Shown piece by piece: positions 11,640 through 27,358 of a DNA stretch of 64,000 bases. Location of the stretch: assembly GCA_013265495.1 (NCBI GenBank), contig MU057597.1, positions 148,563-212,562 of the forward strand, in the 5' to 3' direction. The position numbers were made by a program, and so were the translations under genes. This DNA is from Vicugna vicugna. Its lineage: Eukaryota. Each line of letters starts with the position of its first letter. Position 1 is the stretch's first letter. Under the pieces are notes generated by a model that worked only from the letters and a program-made list of their open reading frames with translations, did no database searches and was not told where the DNA came from.

Positions 11640-13010
11640 ACCCCGAATCACTAATCAAAAACCATTCAACTTAAAAAGCCAGATAGCTGCACTGCAGAAT
11701 TCTACTCAACATTTAAAAACAATTAAAAGCCACCTTCCTTCAACTCTTTCCCGAAAAACTGAAGGGAAAAGTTCCAAATTCTCCCTGTGAGGTCAGAATT
11801 ATTCTAATACAAAAGCCAAATAACGGCACTACAAGAAAACCAGAGACTAAAATTTCTAACCAAGAATGATGCAAAAATCACCAACAAAATAATAGTCATG
11901 TGAACTCAACAGGACATTAAAAAAATTGTATAAGTAATGGGGATATATTTCTGAAATACAAGGATGGTCCAACATATGAAAATCTAACAATGTTAAATAA
12001 AGCAGCATGTTAACAAAATGAAAGAAAAGAATCGTATTAACATCTTAACTGATACAGAAAAAGCAGTTGATAAAAGGTAACAGCGCGTCGTGATAAAAGT
12101 ATCCGATAAAGTAGAAACAAAAACATTCCTCAGCATTAAGGATCTATGTTAACAGTGATGGCTAACATCACACTCATACAACGGTGAATGACTTAGAAGC
12201 TTTTCCTCTAAGATCAGGAACAAGACAAGGACATCTGCTCTCACTGTTTCTAAAAACATATTACTAGAAGTCCTAGCAAGAATACATGGGCAGAAAAAGA
12301 GATTAATGATCTCTTTTGAGAAACAACATGATCTAATATGTAGAATACCACGAAGGATCTGCAAAAAAGTTGCTAGAAATGATGAAGGAACTCAGAAAAA
12401 TTACAAGATATAAAATCAGCAAGCAAAATTCAATTGTGTTTCTATACATTAACACTGAAGAAAATCAAAAATGAAATTTAGAAAATAACTCCATTTACCA
12501 TCAAAAAAGAAATAAAATTCTTGAAATAACCTTATATAACAAGGGAAAGACTTGTATAATGTAAACTAAAAACAAAGCATTAAAAAATATTAGAAAATAC
12601 ACAAATTAATGCAGTGATATCTCAAGTTCATGCACTGGAAGTCAATATTCTCAAGATGTCAGTACTACCCAAAGCAATCCAGAGTCAACACCATCCTTGT
12701 AAAACCCCAATACTGTTTCTTGAACAAACAGATTAATCCATCCTAAGATTTATATACAATCTCACAGTATCCTTGATCGGAAAAATAAGGTAAAAAAGAA
12801 CAAACCTAGAGGCTTCACAATTATGTCAAAATTACTACAAAGCTGAACTACTCAAAGCTGTGTGGTACTGGCATAAAGACAGACAGAGAGACCAGTGGAA
12901 CAGAGCAGGGACGTCAGAAATAAACTCTTGCATTTATGATTACATGAAGTTCCAGAAGGCAGTGAGGACCACTCAGTGGCGCACGGATAGTTTATTAAAC
13001 AAAACAAATG
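11640..13010 (+). mobile_element. Degraded LINE-1 ORF2 (RT region) fragment
   Basis: L1 ORF2 motifs (ttcctctaagatcaggaacaagacaagga, gaagtcctagcaaga, tggtactggcataaagacagac). Confidence 0.85.
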
Positions 13011-13344
13011 ATGGTTCACTATGGAAGGTATCACTCCACTTCATAAACCCTTCTCAAAGATGCTTCAAAATTAGGCGCCGAGGTAGAATGAACAAAGGCA
13101 CATGCAGGTGACAAAGAATATGCCGTTACTAACACTTTACTCAACAGCCTCACAAACAGGAAGCTGTGAACTTGGTCGCCAGGAGAAATCCTCATACCAC
13201 CTACGGAGACTGAAAGGGCGTGGTCGTTACTACGTGTGAGAGCACTGTCACAGAGCCCTTGAGACATGCATTTGTGACATTCCTCAAAAACAAAAAAAAA
13301 ATTAAAAAGACTTACACGTCTGGCTCTCCTGATACTTAAAAAAA

Positions 13345-13480
13345 TTTTTTTTCAATTTGTTTTTTTTCGCAGGGGAGATAATGAGTTCTATTTATTTATT
13401 TACTTCTGGAGGAGGTACCGGGGACTGAACCCAGGCCCCGTGCAAGCGAAGCAGCGCTCTACTGCTGAGCGCCACCCTCC
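13345..13480 (-). mobile_element. Vic-1-like SINE (unusually GC-shifted copy)
   Basis: ggaggaggtaccggggactgaacccagg...ctctactgctgagc, preceded on + by the tail. Confidence 0.75.
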
Positions 13481-14564
13481 CGCTTCTCCCGCTGCTTCCG
13501 GCCTCGCGTGGTGGGGCACGCTGACCGCTCCACTAAGCAGCTTCAAGTGCGGGTGTTACACACGGCAGAAAAATACTGTAACATATGCGGGAAAGTATTC
13601 TCCTCCAAAATTCTCCGTTACCCAGTAACGTCACTCCACAGAGTTGGCCAGAGGTTGTCCATTAACTCAGGGCACCTCATCACAGCAAGGAAACTGGATA
13701 AAATCTCAGGCTTTAGCACTACGTATATCAAAAGCAAATTTCAGAGGAATAATCACGCAAACTTAGGAGAGGAAGAAAATAGGAAGAGTAGACGTTTCAT
13801 GACTAGGCTGAGCAGCACAGACCCAACAAAATACAAGACAGGTGGGTCGGACGTCGCAGGACCCCGCGAGGAAGCCGCGCTCCGCGCACCGACGCGGAGC
13901 CGGGCCTGAGGGACCCACGCCCACCCGACCAGGGACGGGGCATGAAAAAGAGCATCTCTGTCCACTGCCCTTATACTCATCCTAAGTAATAATTACAGAA
14001 GATCCAATCCACCCGGCGGCTACCACAGCCCTGAACTGTGTGGGAAAAGCAGGAAAAGAGCAAGGGCTGAGGGATGGCAACGAGCAGACGGGGCCTGAGA
14101 CAGCTCCACGCAGGTCTGAGGTGGCAGGTGGGACCAAAGAGCAGCCAGTGTGTTCCCATTTTGTGATTAGGTCTTCTAAGAATAGCCAACCGGGAGGGAA
14201 CTGGGCAAGGTCGTGGGATTGGAGTTTGGAGGCAACAGCTTTGATCTACATGCACTGAGATCAGAGCATCCAGTGGAATCCTACCCTGAAGGAGGAATGA
14301 GGGGTGAGAGACCTCGAAAACAGAGCCTGCCCCACACTCCTCAAGGTCAAGTAACAAGTTCACAGGAGCCACATGACAGCATGTAGATCATGCTACTTTG
14401 TCTCTGGTGGAGCCGCAGCACCACTGAAGGATGAAAGAACAGTTTACAGAAGGGTAAGTTACACAGAAAAAAATTTCCTCTGAGAGTTTACAGTAATGAG
14501 TAAACGTCTATATTGCCACAGAAGTCTCTGAGGAGGGGAGAGTTTCCCAAACACTATCTTAAAA

Positions 14565-14693
14565 AAAATTTTTTTTGGGTGGGGAAGTAGTTAGGTTTAC
14601 TGATTTACTTATTTTTGGAGGAGGTACTGGGGATTGAACCCGGACCCCATGCATGCTAAGCATGTGCTCTACCACTTGAGCTACACCCTCCCC
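14565..14693 (-). mobile_element. Vic-1-like SINE
   Basis: gaggtactggggattgaacc...catgctaagcatgtgctctaccacttgagctacaccctcccc. Confidence 0.85.
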
Positions 14694-14743
14694 ACCTCAA
14701 ACACTTTTAATAACAAGGCTTCTCTGCCCTTCTGAGGTCTGAC

Positions 14744-14855
14744 CAGTGTTCACATATCGATCCATCACCAAAGGCATTCACTTCACTCTTCACAGCCCAG
14801 GGCTCTTTCTCTTACTACAAAGTGGTAAAACATTCAGATGAGAAACAGAAATTCC
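14744..14855 (-). pseudogene. Decayed KRAB-B-like exon of gene A
   Basis: Reads ISVSHLN...TL**EKEPWAVKSEV with stops and a frameshift. The EPW motif and the position between KRAB-A and the finger exon fit a KRAB-B exon. Confidence 0.65.
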
Positions 14856-15229
14856 CTTACAAAAGAAAAAATACGATTTGCTGTGACTTTTCCAGACTCT
14901 TACTTATCTGTTCAGCTGAGGATTAAGGACATTACCAATGGATCTAGAAAAATATTTCAAAATTTTAGCCACTGTCTGCCTCCTTCTGAATATACAGGGA
15001 CAGTATAATATGCAGAAATGTAGCTGACCTCCTAGAAGTGCTAACTCAAAAGCTCTGGAGAAGAAAACTGGAAAGTCTGCCATTAAGCTTGATACATACA
15101 AAACCTCTGGAACAACCCCTGATGTTCCAAGAAGTAAGCAGATTATCTCACAAAAAAGTACTTTCAAACTCCTGGTGCCAGACTGTGAAGCTTTTCATGT
15201 CTGAGTCAACAGAGATTGCAGATCAGTCA

Positions 15230-15463
<234 letters not shown>

Positions 15464-17015
15464 TCACCAAGTATCCCCATGAGAAGAGCTCTTATTTGCA
15501 CACAAGATGAAAAGAGGAGAGAGGGGTGAGGATCAAGTCAGCTAAAGTGTGTGTTCTGACAGATCCGTGGAAAGGTATTTGGATTAAATTCTGGGTCTCC
15601 AACTCTAATTTCTCATGCCTTTTCATAGAGATTATGATATCCTCCAAGCAATGTGGATTTTTCATTTCGGGGGAAAATACACAAAATAAATACAAATAAA
15701 AATCAACTATGGCTTGTCTATGCAGGAGTATTAGATATTACATGTCACACACTGAGTGATACTCAGTATCTAGATGAGCTACAGGCTGAGTGGTGTCTTC
15801 AGAGATGACAACGTCCACAGTGGCTTCATACAAAACTAAATTATGAAGATGATGGCAAGAACAATGACTAAAGGTGTCTGAATACTTCCTATATGCTAAC
15901 CATTACTCTACATGTTTATAGGTGAGAACTTTTTATCAACAAGATAGCTCACTGGAGGAAGATCTGTTCCAATCTTACAGAAGAGAAGTATCAGAGAGAC
16001 ACTAAGGAACTCCACTTGAGGAAGAAAATGAGGAAGACACAGCAAACACATGAACTAAGGTGGCTGGGCTCCTGAACTGAAGAAACAAAAACTTAAGTAA
16101 CAGAAAAGGCATGAAAAGTACATTGACACAAGTTTCCCTGAGAAAACTTGAAAGTAGTTCAAGGCAAACAACATGAAAGGGCATAATCAATGAAACAGAG
16201 CAGAACACCAGAAATTACCCTGTGAATACAGGTAAACAGGACAGACAAGGGACCCCAGACGACACAAAGGCGAAAGGACAGAGTCAACAACAAATGGAGC
16301 TGAGAAACTGGGTATCTACCAGCAAAAGGATGGAGCTGGGCCCCTTCCTGCATGAAAGGCAAAAACTTCTGAGTGTCAAAGAATACAATCCACAGAATGA
16401 AAAGACACCTTCTTAAAAACAGAGGTGATGAAAGCAATTTAAAAAATTCCCAAATGTCAGACAGTGAGCTTTATTTCACGGTTAAAAATCGATGATGGAA
16501 GAAAACACCCTGTGTCACTGATGTCTCTGGCTTTCCACTCTGTTCACAGTCATTAAGATTTAAGTCTGTGACTCAGTCATGTAGCTCAACTCTCTTAGAA
16601 AACACAGAACAAATCTTCTCTAATTGGTCTGATTTCCCCATTTTACTACGTATTGTGCATATTACTACCTGATTTCCCCATGCAGCTTCTTTCTCTGGTT
16701 TACAGAGAGCAGACAGCACATCCAGATGGGCCCCTAAACCCTCCCTGCTGCCCCACAGCACTGACTCCACGTCTCCAACCCACGGGGGTGAAGCCTGCCC
16801 AGGACGCCGCCCAGGGAGCCGCTTCACACGTTCCAGGTCCCGGGGTCCCGGGGGTGGAGTCTGAGTGGGGAGGACAGGCGCTGAGGGGGGGCCCTGGGTG
16901 ACTGTGGATGTCCAGGTGTCAGGCAGGACGCTGCAGAGTCAGACAGGATTAGTGAGTCCAAAGAAGGGCATTTCAGGAAGGACAGACTGAGAATCCAGTG
17001 AGAATATGACTTTAC

Positions 17016-17030
17016 CTGAGAAAAAGCCAT
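17016..17030 (-). CDS. KZFP gene A first coding segment MAFSQ (exon 2 spans 17016-17102)
   Basis: TTTCAG|G acceptor at 17104-17103; GGAATGG start context; CAG|GTAAAG donor, phase 0. Confidence 0.85.
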
Positions 17031-20000
17031 TCCTGACTCCTTTTTTTGCTCTTCCTCTTCTGGACTTTTCCTTCAGGAAAGGCGAGTCTTTAGAGGTCAA
17101 TCCTGAAAGTTGGAAAAATGTCCTTTAATGCTGAGAATCAACACACCCCTCCCTGCGCCACAACCACACACACAGGGGAGACCTCACCATGTGGAACAGA
17201 CAGTCCTCTGCTGCCCACTGTCCCAGGAGGGACTCAGGACAGGAATCTCCACACACACACCAACAAGGGAGTTTCCCCACACTGTCCTGAGATCAGCCTC
17301 CCCTCCTGGTGAGCCCCTCCCCTACACAGCAGCAGTGGGCACCTCAGCTGGACCCGATAGCCCCCTTCAGGTCACAGACCAGGCCCTGATCCATCCCCAC
17401 GCAGAGCAGAGCCCCCTCCCCCTCAGTCCGGATCCCAGCCCTCAGGATGGGAGGACTCAGAGTCAGGATGCTCAGTGAGGGACCCAGACTGGAATCACGA
17501 GGTCCCTTAAATATCACTGAGGTTGGAACTCACTATATGAAGGGGACTCCCTGGTCAGAAGATAAAAACATCTATTTGAAACATGTCTGACTGACCTAAT
17601 GTGAAGCCTGGGTCGAGGGGAGCCCAGCACACCTCCCACTTTCTTTTTCTTTCCCAGCTTGAGATATAACTGGTGCACAACAATGGCGTACATATGAGGT
17701 GTATAAAGTGAGCATCTGACAAATGTCTACACTGTGTAATAATTACCACAATAAAGTAATTTACATTTCCATCACTCACTACTATTTTATTTCTGTGTGC
17801 TCAGAACACTTAGTGCTGCTCTCAGCAAATTCCAACTATATAGTAACACAGTATGACTGACGGTAGTCAGTTCACGGTACATTAGATGCACATGTTGAAA
17901 ATATTTCCCTCAGTACAAAGATTTCCTTTCCCTTGGAGATCTAGACACAGGTGGGTTTCACACACTGTATGCTTGTTCTATGTCTAATTTATTTGGGAAC
18001 TTCCATACTAGTTTCAAAACGAGCCATACCATTGCACTCCCAGCCACAAAGCACAAGGGTTCCCCCTACTTTGTTTTTTGTGTGAGTGTGTGCGCGCGCG
18101 TGTGCACACATACACGCATGTGGGCACACCTATTTTGAGACAGATGAGGAGAGGACAGTAGAGGAATCGGCGCTGACGGGCAACAAGAAGGCAGTACCCA
18201 CATTTTCCCAAGGATGAGCTCTGCACTCAGATCCCTGTGGTGTTGCTGGCCCTCTGATTCTGGGAACAATCTTTTCCTACATCAAAAAACTTAATGGTCC
18301 CTCTCAAGCTGTGTCCACAGGCACACACCTAGCAGAATGCCCCTAATGCAAACATCCAGCCATTTAAAGTTGATATACATAATTTCCCTTTTGGAACCAA
18401 ATTAACTTACAAAGTCTCAGGGGGCCAATATAGTGTCCATACAACACTTAATATTCCACTCATCTGGCTATAAAATACCAGAAAACATTCCAAACTGTAA
18501 CAAATCATGCCAGAGGGAAAAATACATATGAAGACACTCAAGGAGCCACTAAACGCAAAACAGAATATTTTCATTCCAGAGATCACAGACCAAACACTGT
18601 CATCTCCAAAAACTACATATAAAAAGAAAGATGTTTCCGGTGATGGACGTGCTCCAGTGAGAACACAACATCTCTCAAAAAAAATTTCAAATTGCCTTTT
18701 GTATCTTTCAAAGTGCATCTCACGCTTTGTTCATTTGTAACCGAACATACCAAAAATTACCAGAAGGAACACACAAAATGATCACTGAAATTGTTCCTAT
18801 GTAACTCCAAAAACTGTGCAATGATCCTTGAGCTGCTAAAAGATCCAACACAAGTCATCTGCGAAGTGGATGCTGTGGGGAACTCCCTAGATCCATACCC
18901 TGAGGGCAAGGCAATGAATGCCCAATCACCCATGAACCCCATTCCAGGGGCTCCAGCCAAAACTGAGACATCCCTTGCTCTCAGTTCCACATCGTGGAGC
19001 CCACAAGGGACAAGGCGCTCACACTGCTCACTTGGATCATCCTGACGCCCACACTGGCTGCCAGGTCCCGTCTGCAGACCCCACAGGCTCCCCTCCGCTT
19101 TCCCCATTTCTTCATCTCTCCTCCATGCAAGCATGGGAAACAGGGCAAAAGGCACAAGGACCTCTCAGCCAAGGAAGAGCAACAGAAATATTTACAAGCT
19201 GCCACCCAAAGGACACTGGACATTGAGTATGATGGTCAGGAAGCAGGCCCTCCTGGGAAAACTTACTAGCAGCTGGGGAACTGATGGAGACCAGTCACAA
19301 AGGCATTTGAGTTCAGTGAGGAAGTCTCAGAGACAGTCGGTCCCCAAGTTTCTTGTCTCCTGTTCTCCTCACTCACAGGTAATTAAAAGATACCTTAGCT
19401 CTTTGAGGGAGGCCACCATCACACCCCCTTAGGCTCCAGACTTCTACCCACCCTCAGCACAGTGAGATCACTATCCCCGACTCTGAGCGGATGAAATACT
19501 GAAGGCAAGGCTCCCAACAAGGTGGCAACGGGTCCCTGGATGCGCACAGCCTGGAACACCTGGGGGCTACAGCACAGCAGTGACACAGCACAGTTAATAT
19601 GGGGACACCTCAGGACACTGCATGAGGACATCAGTTCTGCTGGGATTTTTAGGACTCCCTACATCTCTGAGTCATCTTTTTAGCAATTCAGTAGCCACAC
19701 GAGGTAAGGATCAATGAGAGCTGAAACGTGCAGAACAAATATGGGAACCATTCGCATCACCTACCCTGTTCCCTTGGTCTCCCCTGAGGACCGTTCGGCC
19801 CAACCCACAGCCCCAGCATCTAATCACCTCCCCAGAGTGAGGTGCTGCGGCCATCCTGGGAGGAAGAGGAACACCATGAGCCCTTCAATGGGGGGAGAAT
19901 GGGAAAGGCTCCAAATAATCCATGGAGAAGGGCACTTGAAGGTGATTGAAACAGAGGCAATGAAACCTGGGTATCATAACAGAGACTGTCAGAAGGGGAT

Positions 20001-20899
20001 GGGGACACCTCTCTGAGCTAAAACCTGAGGGAGGACAAAGGGCCTGAGCCATGGAGACTTGAAGGCAAAAGGTAAGAACAGGAACTGATATCTCAGAATA
20101 GGTTTCAGTGTTTGAAAACATTGAAAAGGTGAATGTAACTTGAGCAGAGTGATCCCTGAGATCAGGGTGAGCTCCCAGGATAAGCCTGGAGACACTGGCA
20201 GGGCCCGGAGGATGACACAGGGCTGTGGAGCCACAGTGAGGAGTCGGGATTTGGGGGAGGACAAATGAGAACCAATGGAGATCTGAGTGCAAAAGTGACA
20301 TAAACTCTCTTCAAACTACACTGAGTGCAGAGAAATCCATCTGAGGACGGTCTCTCCGACTCTCAAGTCTTACGGGTTACACCCTTCTATCCATGCTATC
20401 CCTTCCTCTCCACTCTCGGGCACCCCAGGCGGCTGGGCTTCCTTCCCGCTCTCGCTCTCCCTCTGCTTTTTCTCATCCTTTGGCCTTTTTCTCTCCCAGG
20501 ACCAAGACGCTCTGAAGGCCAAGGTTCCACGTTTTCTCCTCTCCCTCACTCTCTGTGAACTGCCTCACCACTGCTACCCACTTCTACTCATGATCCAGGA
20601 CCCCGCTCCCTATGTTGCGGTCTAATTGCAGGAGATCTGGATTTTAAATTTACATCTCTATTTTGTTCCCATGCCTTTTTTCGGATGTCTTTCTTTTTAC
20701 TGTCTCTTTGCACGTCCTCAGCCATCTTTTACGATCCCGTTGTTTCGCGCTCATTCTTTTCTCCTTCTCAGAGTTTATATTTATCTATAACTCACTGATT
20801 CTTTGGCTTTCCTGACCCCCTCGCCCACGTTACTTATAGGAACGAAGACTGAATAAGGTGCCCTCCTACCAAAAGAGCCAGTTTTCCAGCAGGGTGGAA

Positions 20900-21680
20900 T
20901 ATGGGACGGAAGAACCATGAGTGTCACACGGCTGGCCCAGGTCACCTCCCCCTTCGCGGGGTGGGGGAAGGGCTGACTACGAAGGGAAGGCCCGCGGAGC
21001 AGAAGGACCGGCCTGAGGAGGACGCGAGGACAGAGGGGCTGGAAGGGAGGGGGTCTCAGGAGAGGCCGGGGTCCCCAGAATCCCGGGACCCAGGAGAGGA
21101 CGCGGCCTCACGGGGGCGGGGCGGCCGGCGCTGCCCTCCGGGGACCGAGAGGGCGAGGCTGGGGGCGCGAGTCCACCTCGCGGAAGGGGACGTTACACGG
21201 GCAGGGGCGGAGGGGGTGAAGGGTTTTATGAGGGAAAAAATCAGGAATGGCGGAGTCTCCGCGACCAAAGGTAGAAAAGCCAAGGGCAGAGACCAGCCTC
21301 AGACCGGTTTCAGACCCAAAGGAGAAGATCCCCGACCTGGAGCGGCGCCGTCGGGACTTATGTGGCCGGGGGGGGGGCGGGTGCTGGGGTGAGAGGTCCC
21401 TAGTGACTCCCACACCCTGAGGACGGAGGAGGGGGGACAGAGCAGCACAGATTTACATTAGAAAAGAGGAACTTACGGTCCGCTGCGTGACCTTCCCTCG
21501 GCGTCTCTCCACTTCCGGTTCTGTAAGCATCTGCACAACCGCGAAAAGAGGGGCGCGACTTCCGGGGGGCGGGGCCAGGGTAGCGCCACCGGCGGGGCGG
21601 GGCTAAGAGGGAGTCAGGTTTACACAGGGACAGGCGGGAGGCTGGTCAGGGGACTCTGGGAGGCCGGGGGAGGAGATAAT
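20900..21680 (-). promoter_or_regulatory. Gene A CpG island, promoter and exon 1 (donor GTAAGT at 21476-21471)
   Basis: CpG-dense, with two ACTTCCGG ETS sites (~21511, ~21559) and two GC boxes (~21566, ~21594). Confidence 0.85.
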
Positions 21681-22269
21681 GCTTCCCGTTGTCTTGACCC
21701 CTTTGGTTTTAAGTCCCAGACTGGAAGAGTTTTCCAGTAAAAGCTTACAGTTATGTGGGCGGCTAAACGTGGAAACTAAGATGTCTTGCTCCTGAGGCTC
21801 AAGCAATCCAGTGGCTGGGAACGTGGGTCCCCAAGTGGTTGCTGTGGGGCCGTGGTTGGATCCCGGAGTATTTACTGCACGTAGAATTCGCTTAAGGCTG
21901 TTTAAGGGAAAGAGAGCTACACTTGTCTCTATTATAAACTAGAATGAGAAATACAAAACTCTCCCCCAGTAGAATGGGCCATTTCATACTGGATTCATTT
22001 CTTTTCCTAATTCAGCCAGGAGGCCAGCTCAACGCGCCTCAGTCCTGGGAGTAGGTATGAAATACTGTTTAGGTGAATTGCCCAAGATGATTTTCCACAT
22101 TTCTTGAAATTTAACGTGTGGAGGTGTTTGTCAAGTTATAAATAGGAGTCGTAAGTTTCCAGAAAAATCAAATTGAAAGGCCAGAAGAAAATTGTCTATT
22201 TGAACTTACAGTTGGAAGCATATCCAGATTTCTGAACAGAAGTTTAATTCCATTTTGTGGACCCTATAT

Positions 22270-22940
22270 TTTATTATATATATTTTTTCAATTGAAGTAT
22301 ACTTGAATTACAATATTGTCTTAGCTACAGGTGTACAGCATCATGACAAACTATTTTTATAGGCTTTAATTCATTACAAGTTATTTCAAAGTCATGGCTG
22401 TGATTCCCTGTGAAGTACAAAATGTTGCCATGGTAATTGCTTAATTATGTTACATATGGCAGTTTGGATTTCTTAATCTTCACTGCTATCTCGCCCCTCT
22501 CCTCTTGCTTTTCTCCACTGATAACCTCGATTGTTTTCTATATCGCTGAATCTGTTCCTGTGTGGCTATATACATTTTTTGGTTTTAACTTCTACATTCC
22601 AAATGTAAGTGATATCATACTGCCTTTCTCTTTGATGTGTCTCACTAAGCCTAATATCCTCTAGGTCCATCCACGGTGCTACAAAAGGCAACTTCATTCT
22701 GTTTTATAGCTGAGTGGTATTCCATTCCGTGTGTGTGTGTGTGTGTGTCTGTGTGTCTCACTTCTTTATCCATCTGTTGTTGGGCACTTGGCTTGCTTCC
22801 TGGGCTACTATACACAGCACTAGTAAGAACATTGGGGTGTATCTATCTTTTTGAATGCGAGTTTTTTTTCCAGGTATATATACAGGAGTAGAGTTGCTGG
22901 GTCATATGGCAGTTCTATTTTCAGTCGTTTGAGAAACCTC
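22270..22940 (-). mobile_element. LINE-1 3'-end fragment with an internal (TG)n
   Basis: attgaagtata...ttacaatattg, ctaggtccatcca, gctgagtggtattccatt, gctgggtcatatggcagttctatttt. Confidence 0.8.
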
Positions 22941-25849
22941 ACTTTCTGAATCATGTATTTTATTATTTGCTTAGAGAGACTGCTTTGCCCAATTTACATA
23001 TTTAGCTTGGATTTCTTGACTTGGCTTCAGTGAAAAACCCAGAGGATGTATAAATCAAGGGCTTGTCTTCAGATTTGTGTGGCATGGAAATGTACATACA
23101 GGAACAACAGGTGCAAAATTTGAGTTCTATAACCATGAAGATAGAAGCTTCTCACATTTTCAGCTTCACTGAGAGGTGCAATGATACAACGTAATGTACT
23201 GAATGTTAAAAATGGGGACCAAGAGACTTGTTGCTAAGGTGCAGGTGCATCACTAGGACTCTGGAAACATAACGTGTTAATTGTACCTTAAAACACACTC
23301 TCCAATTTGTCCTGATCATGCCACTGTGTCTACCATCATGTCTTCCTTCCATTCATACAACAGAACTATTATCTGAATTCAAAATGCAGATAATAGCCAG
23401 TGCTTCTTTGATTGCATAACTTCCACACAATAGGATGCACCATTTTCATGTGTACAATATAGTGTGATTTAGTATGTTTGCAAGTTGTTCAACCACAATA
23501 TTATCATCATACATCACTCTCTCTTAAAGAAAATGTTCAGCAGCAAGGCATTCATTGAATGAATTGATACAATCACACAATAAATTAGTATAGAGACATT
23601 GTGTTATTTATATGTATTTAGTTATAAAGGAAGCTTGATTTTCAAACACCTGACTATAGCCAACTCCCATAAAGATTTCACATCACCATTTTGTGATTCC
23701 AGTGCTTTCACTTAAGTGAAGTTCCAAGGTAAATCTTTCTTCATGTTTATAATGCACCTTCTTTCTACAAGTCATTTCCTTACGAGCATTATCATGTCAC
23801 AAGACACCCAAAATAACTCACTGATTTATGTATTTCCCTGTTGTAAAATACAGGAAAAACACAAGGAAGAGAAAAAAATGCTAAGAAAAATTTTATAAAC
23901 ATATTTTATTGCAATGGAAAATTAACCACGTAACATATCATCTGATCCCATAATTTAAAATTCAAATTTTAAGTCTTTTGATAATTGTTTCTCTAGTATG
24001 TTGCTAAGTTATATTATCTAGAAAACATTCCGAGACACTAATTTTTAGCAACCTAGTGTAAAAGTCTTAGGCAATATATCTAAGGAAGATTTTTTTCAAA
24101 CATTTGAAACAACTGTATTGAACAATGGGATGTTTCTCCACTGACAAGTATTAAACCTCATCACAACCTCTTCCTACTTGGCCTGTGTGATCAAGGTGAC
24201 AAAACAGCCTGAGAGCTTCCACTTTTGAGCAACTTTAACCAACGGGAACTTCAAACCCTAAGTGGGCATGCTCCCCTAAGCCCCCACCTAGCAATAACAT
24301 TACCAACTAAGACAGTCACCATTCCTTGTTTCTTCATATCATTTTTGGAACAACTTGAAACTCCCCCATCGCCTGAGAAATCTGAATTATAGAACATTCT
24401 CATAACAATTGAATGTTAATATCACTCTGAATGACCAAACCAACCTTTGGCTGGAGGTCTGTCCTAATCCAGTCAATGACCACAAAAGCAAATCAGCAAC
24501 AAAAATACTTTTGCAAGATATACGAAATTCCTAGTTTATCTATCAAATAAACATGTTCCTACTGTACGTGGTTCATTTTTAAAAGAAAATTCAGGAATAC
24601 TGTTCTTCTCTAATTTCTGTACTCAGTTGGTCAAGGACAAAAGAGAAACTACAACTTTTAAAATTTCTACTATTTTTCATATGCTTACTGTATTCCTATT
24701 TTCCCTGCATGTAAATTTAGATGCATGTCATGAGACTGATTTGGATGGGGAAAACAACACAGGAAGAAATATATTCATACTGAATATTCAGGACTAAGGA
24801 GCAGCTTTTATGGAGTGTTTCAAAAAAAAAAAAATATTCCCAAGGTGGAGTCACTTACCCACAAGATAGCAAACCAAGACTTAAATGTAGCTTCAGCCTT
24901 CTAAGAAATAGGACAGTAAACCAATCACTGTCAACTGTCCTGAACGCCAGAGGTAACCTACAAGGTAAGATTTCTGTCCTTCCCCTAAACAAGGTAGCCT
25001 TGCCTGAGAGAACCTTTCCTTTTACCAATAACTTTCTATCCCACCCAGTTTATGCCTTAAAAGGCTTTCCATAGTGTACAGCTCCTTGGAGCATCTCTTT
25101 ATGTAGGTTGGGTGCAGCCCAATTCACAAATCATGCAATAAAACCAACTAGATCTTTAAATGTACTCTCTTCAATTTTTGCACATTAGTCAGAGTCTGAA
25201 ATGAACTGCTCTGCCACTCAGGCTCTTTTGATTAATTTTTCCTCTTGTGGGAACTGTTCTCCCCTCAAATTCCAAAGACAAGAGGAACTTTCCACTAAAC
25301 ATACATATCTACACCACCTACTCCCAAACGATGGAGAACGTGACCAGCTTTCCCCGAGCCTTGTTCCCACCACATAACCGGCCACGCTCCTCCTGTGAAA
25401 TTCGAGCCAGTCCCTGGACGCCCTGCTGCTCTGCTCATGGGTGGGGGGTGGGGGGGAGCTTTCTGCGCTGTAGCCCCCTGTGGTCTGTCTACAGAAGGGC
25501 ACCCTGAACACGCGTCTGCTGAGTCAAGTCAGTTTTACATTAGTCTCCGACCCTCCCTGATGCTAATCCACACAATATTGAATCTGATAATTCAGAGTGC
25601 TGTTTTTCCTGGGAACTTGGACGTGAGTTGCCGTGCCTGATGAAGTTTGCCCCTTCATCTTACTGATTCCTTCCCAGGGAGAAAAAACAAAGGCCTATAA
25701 TGTAGGAATCAACAGACTTCAAACTTCAGGTTGAGAGGCATGAAAAGTAATGTACTCCTCTCCAGGAAACTGAAATACAGTTTAGACATGGAAGATAATG
25801 GGTCATTTCCACATGTCCTTCTGCCTCTTATACACACATCATGTCATCA

Positions 25850-27358
<1,509 letters not shown>

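Noticed and set aside
20901..21413. GC-rich ORFs in the CpG islands (also 3921-4253, 39232-39673, 59543-60038)
   Set aside because: Stop-poor because of GC content; frames are not conserved between paralogous islands.
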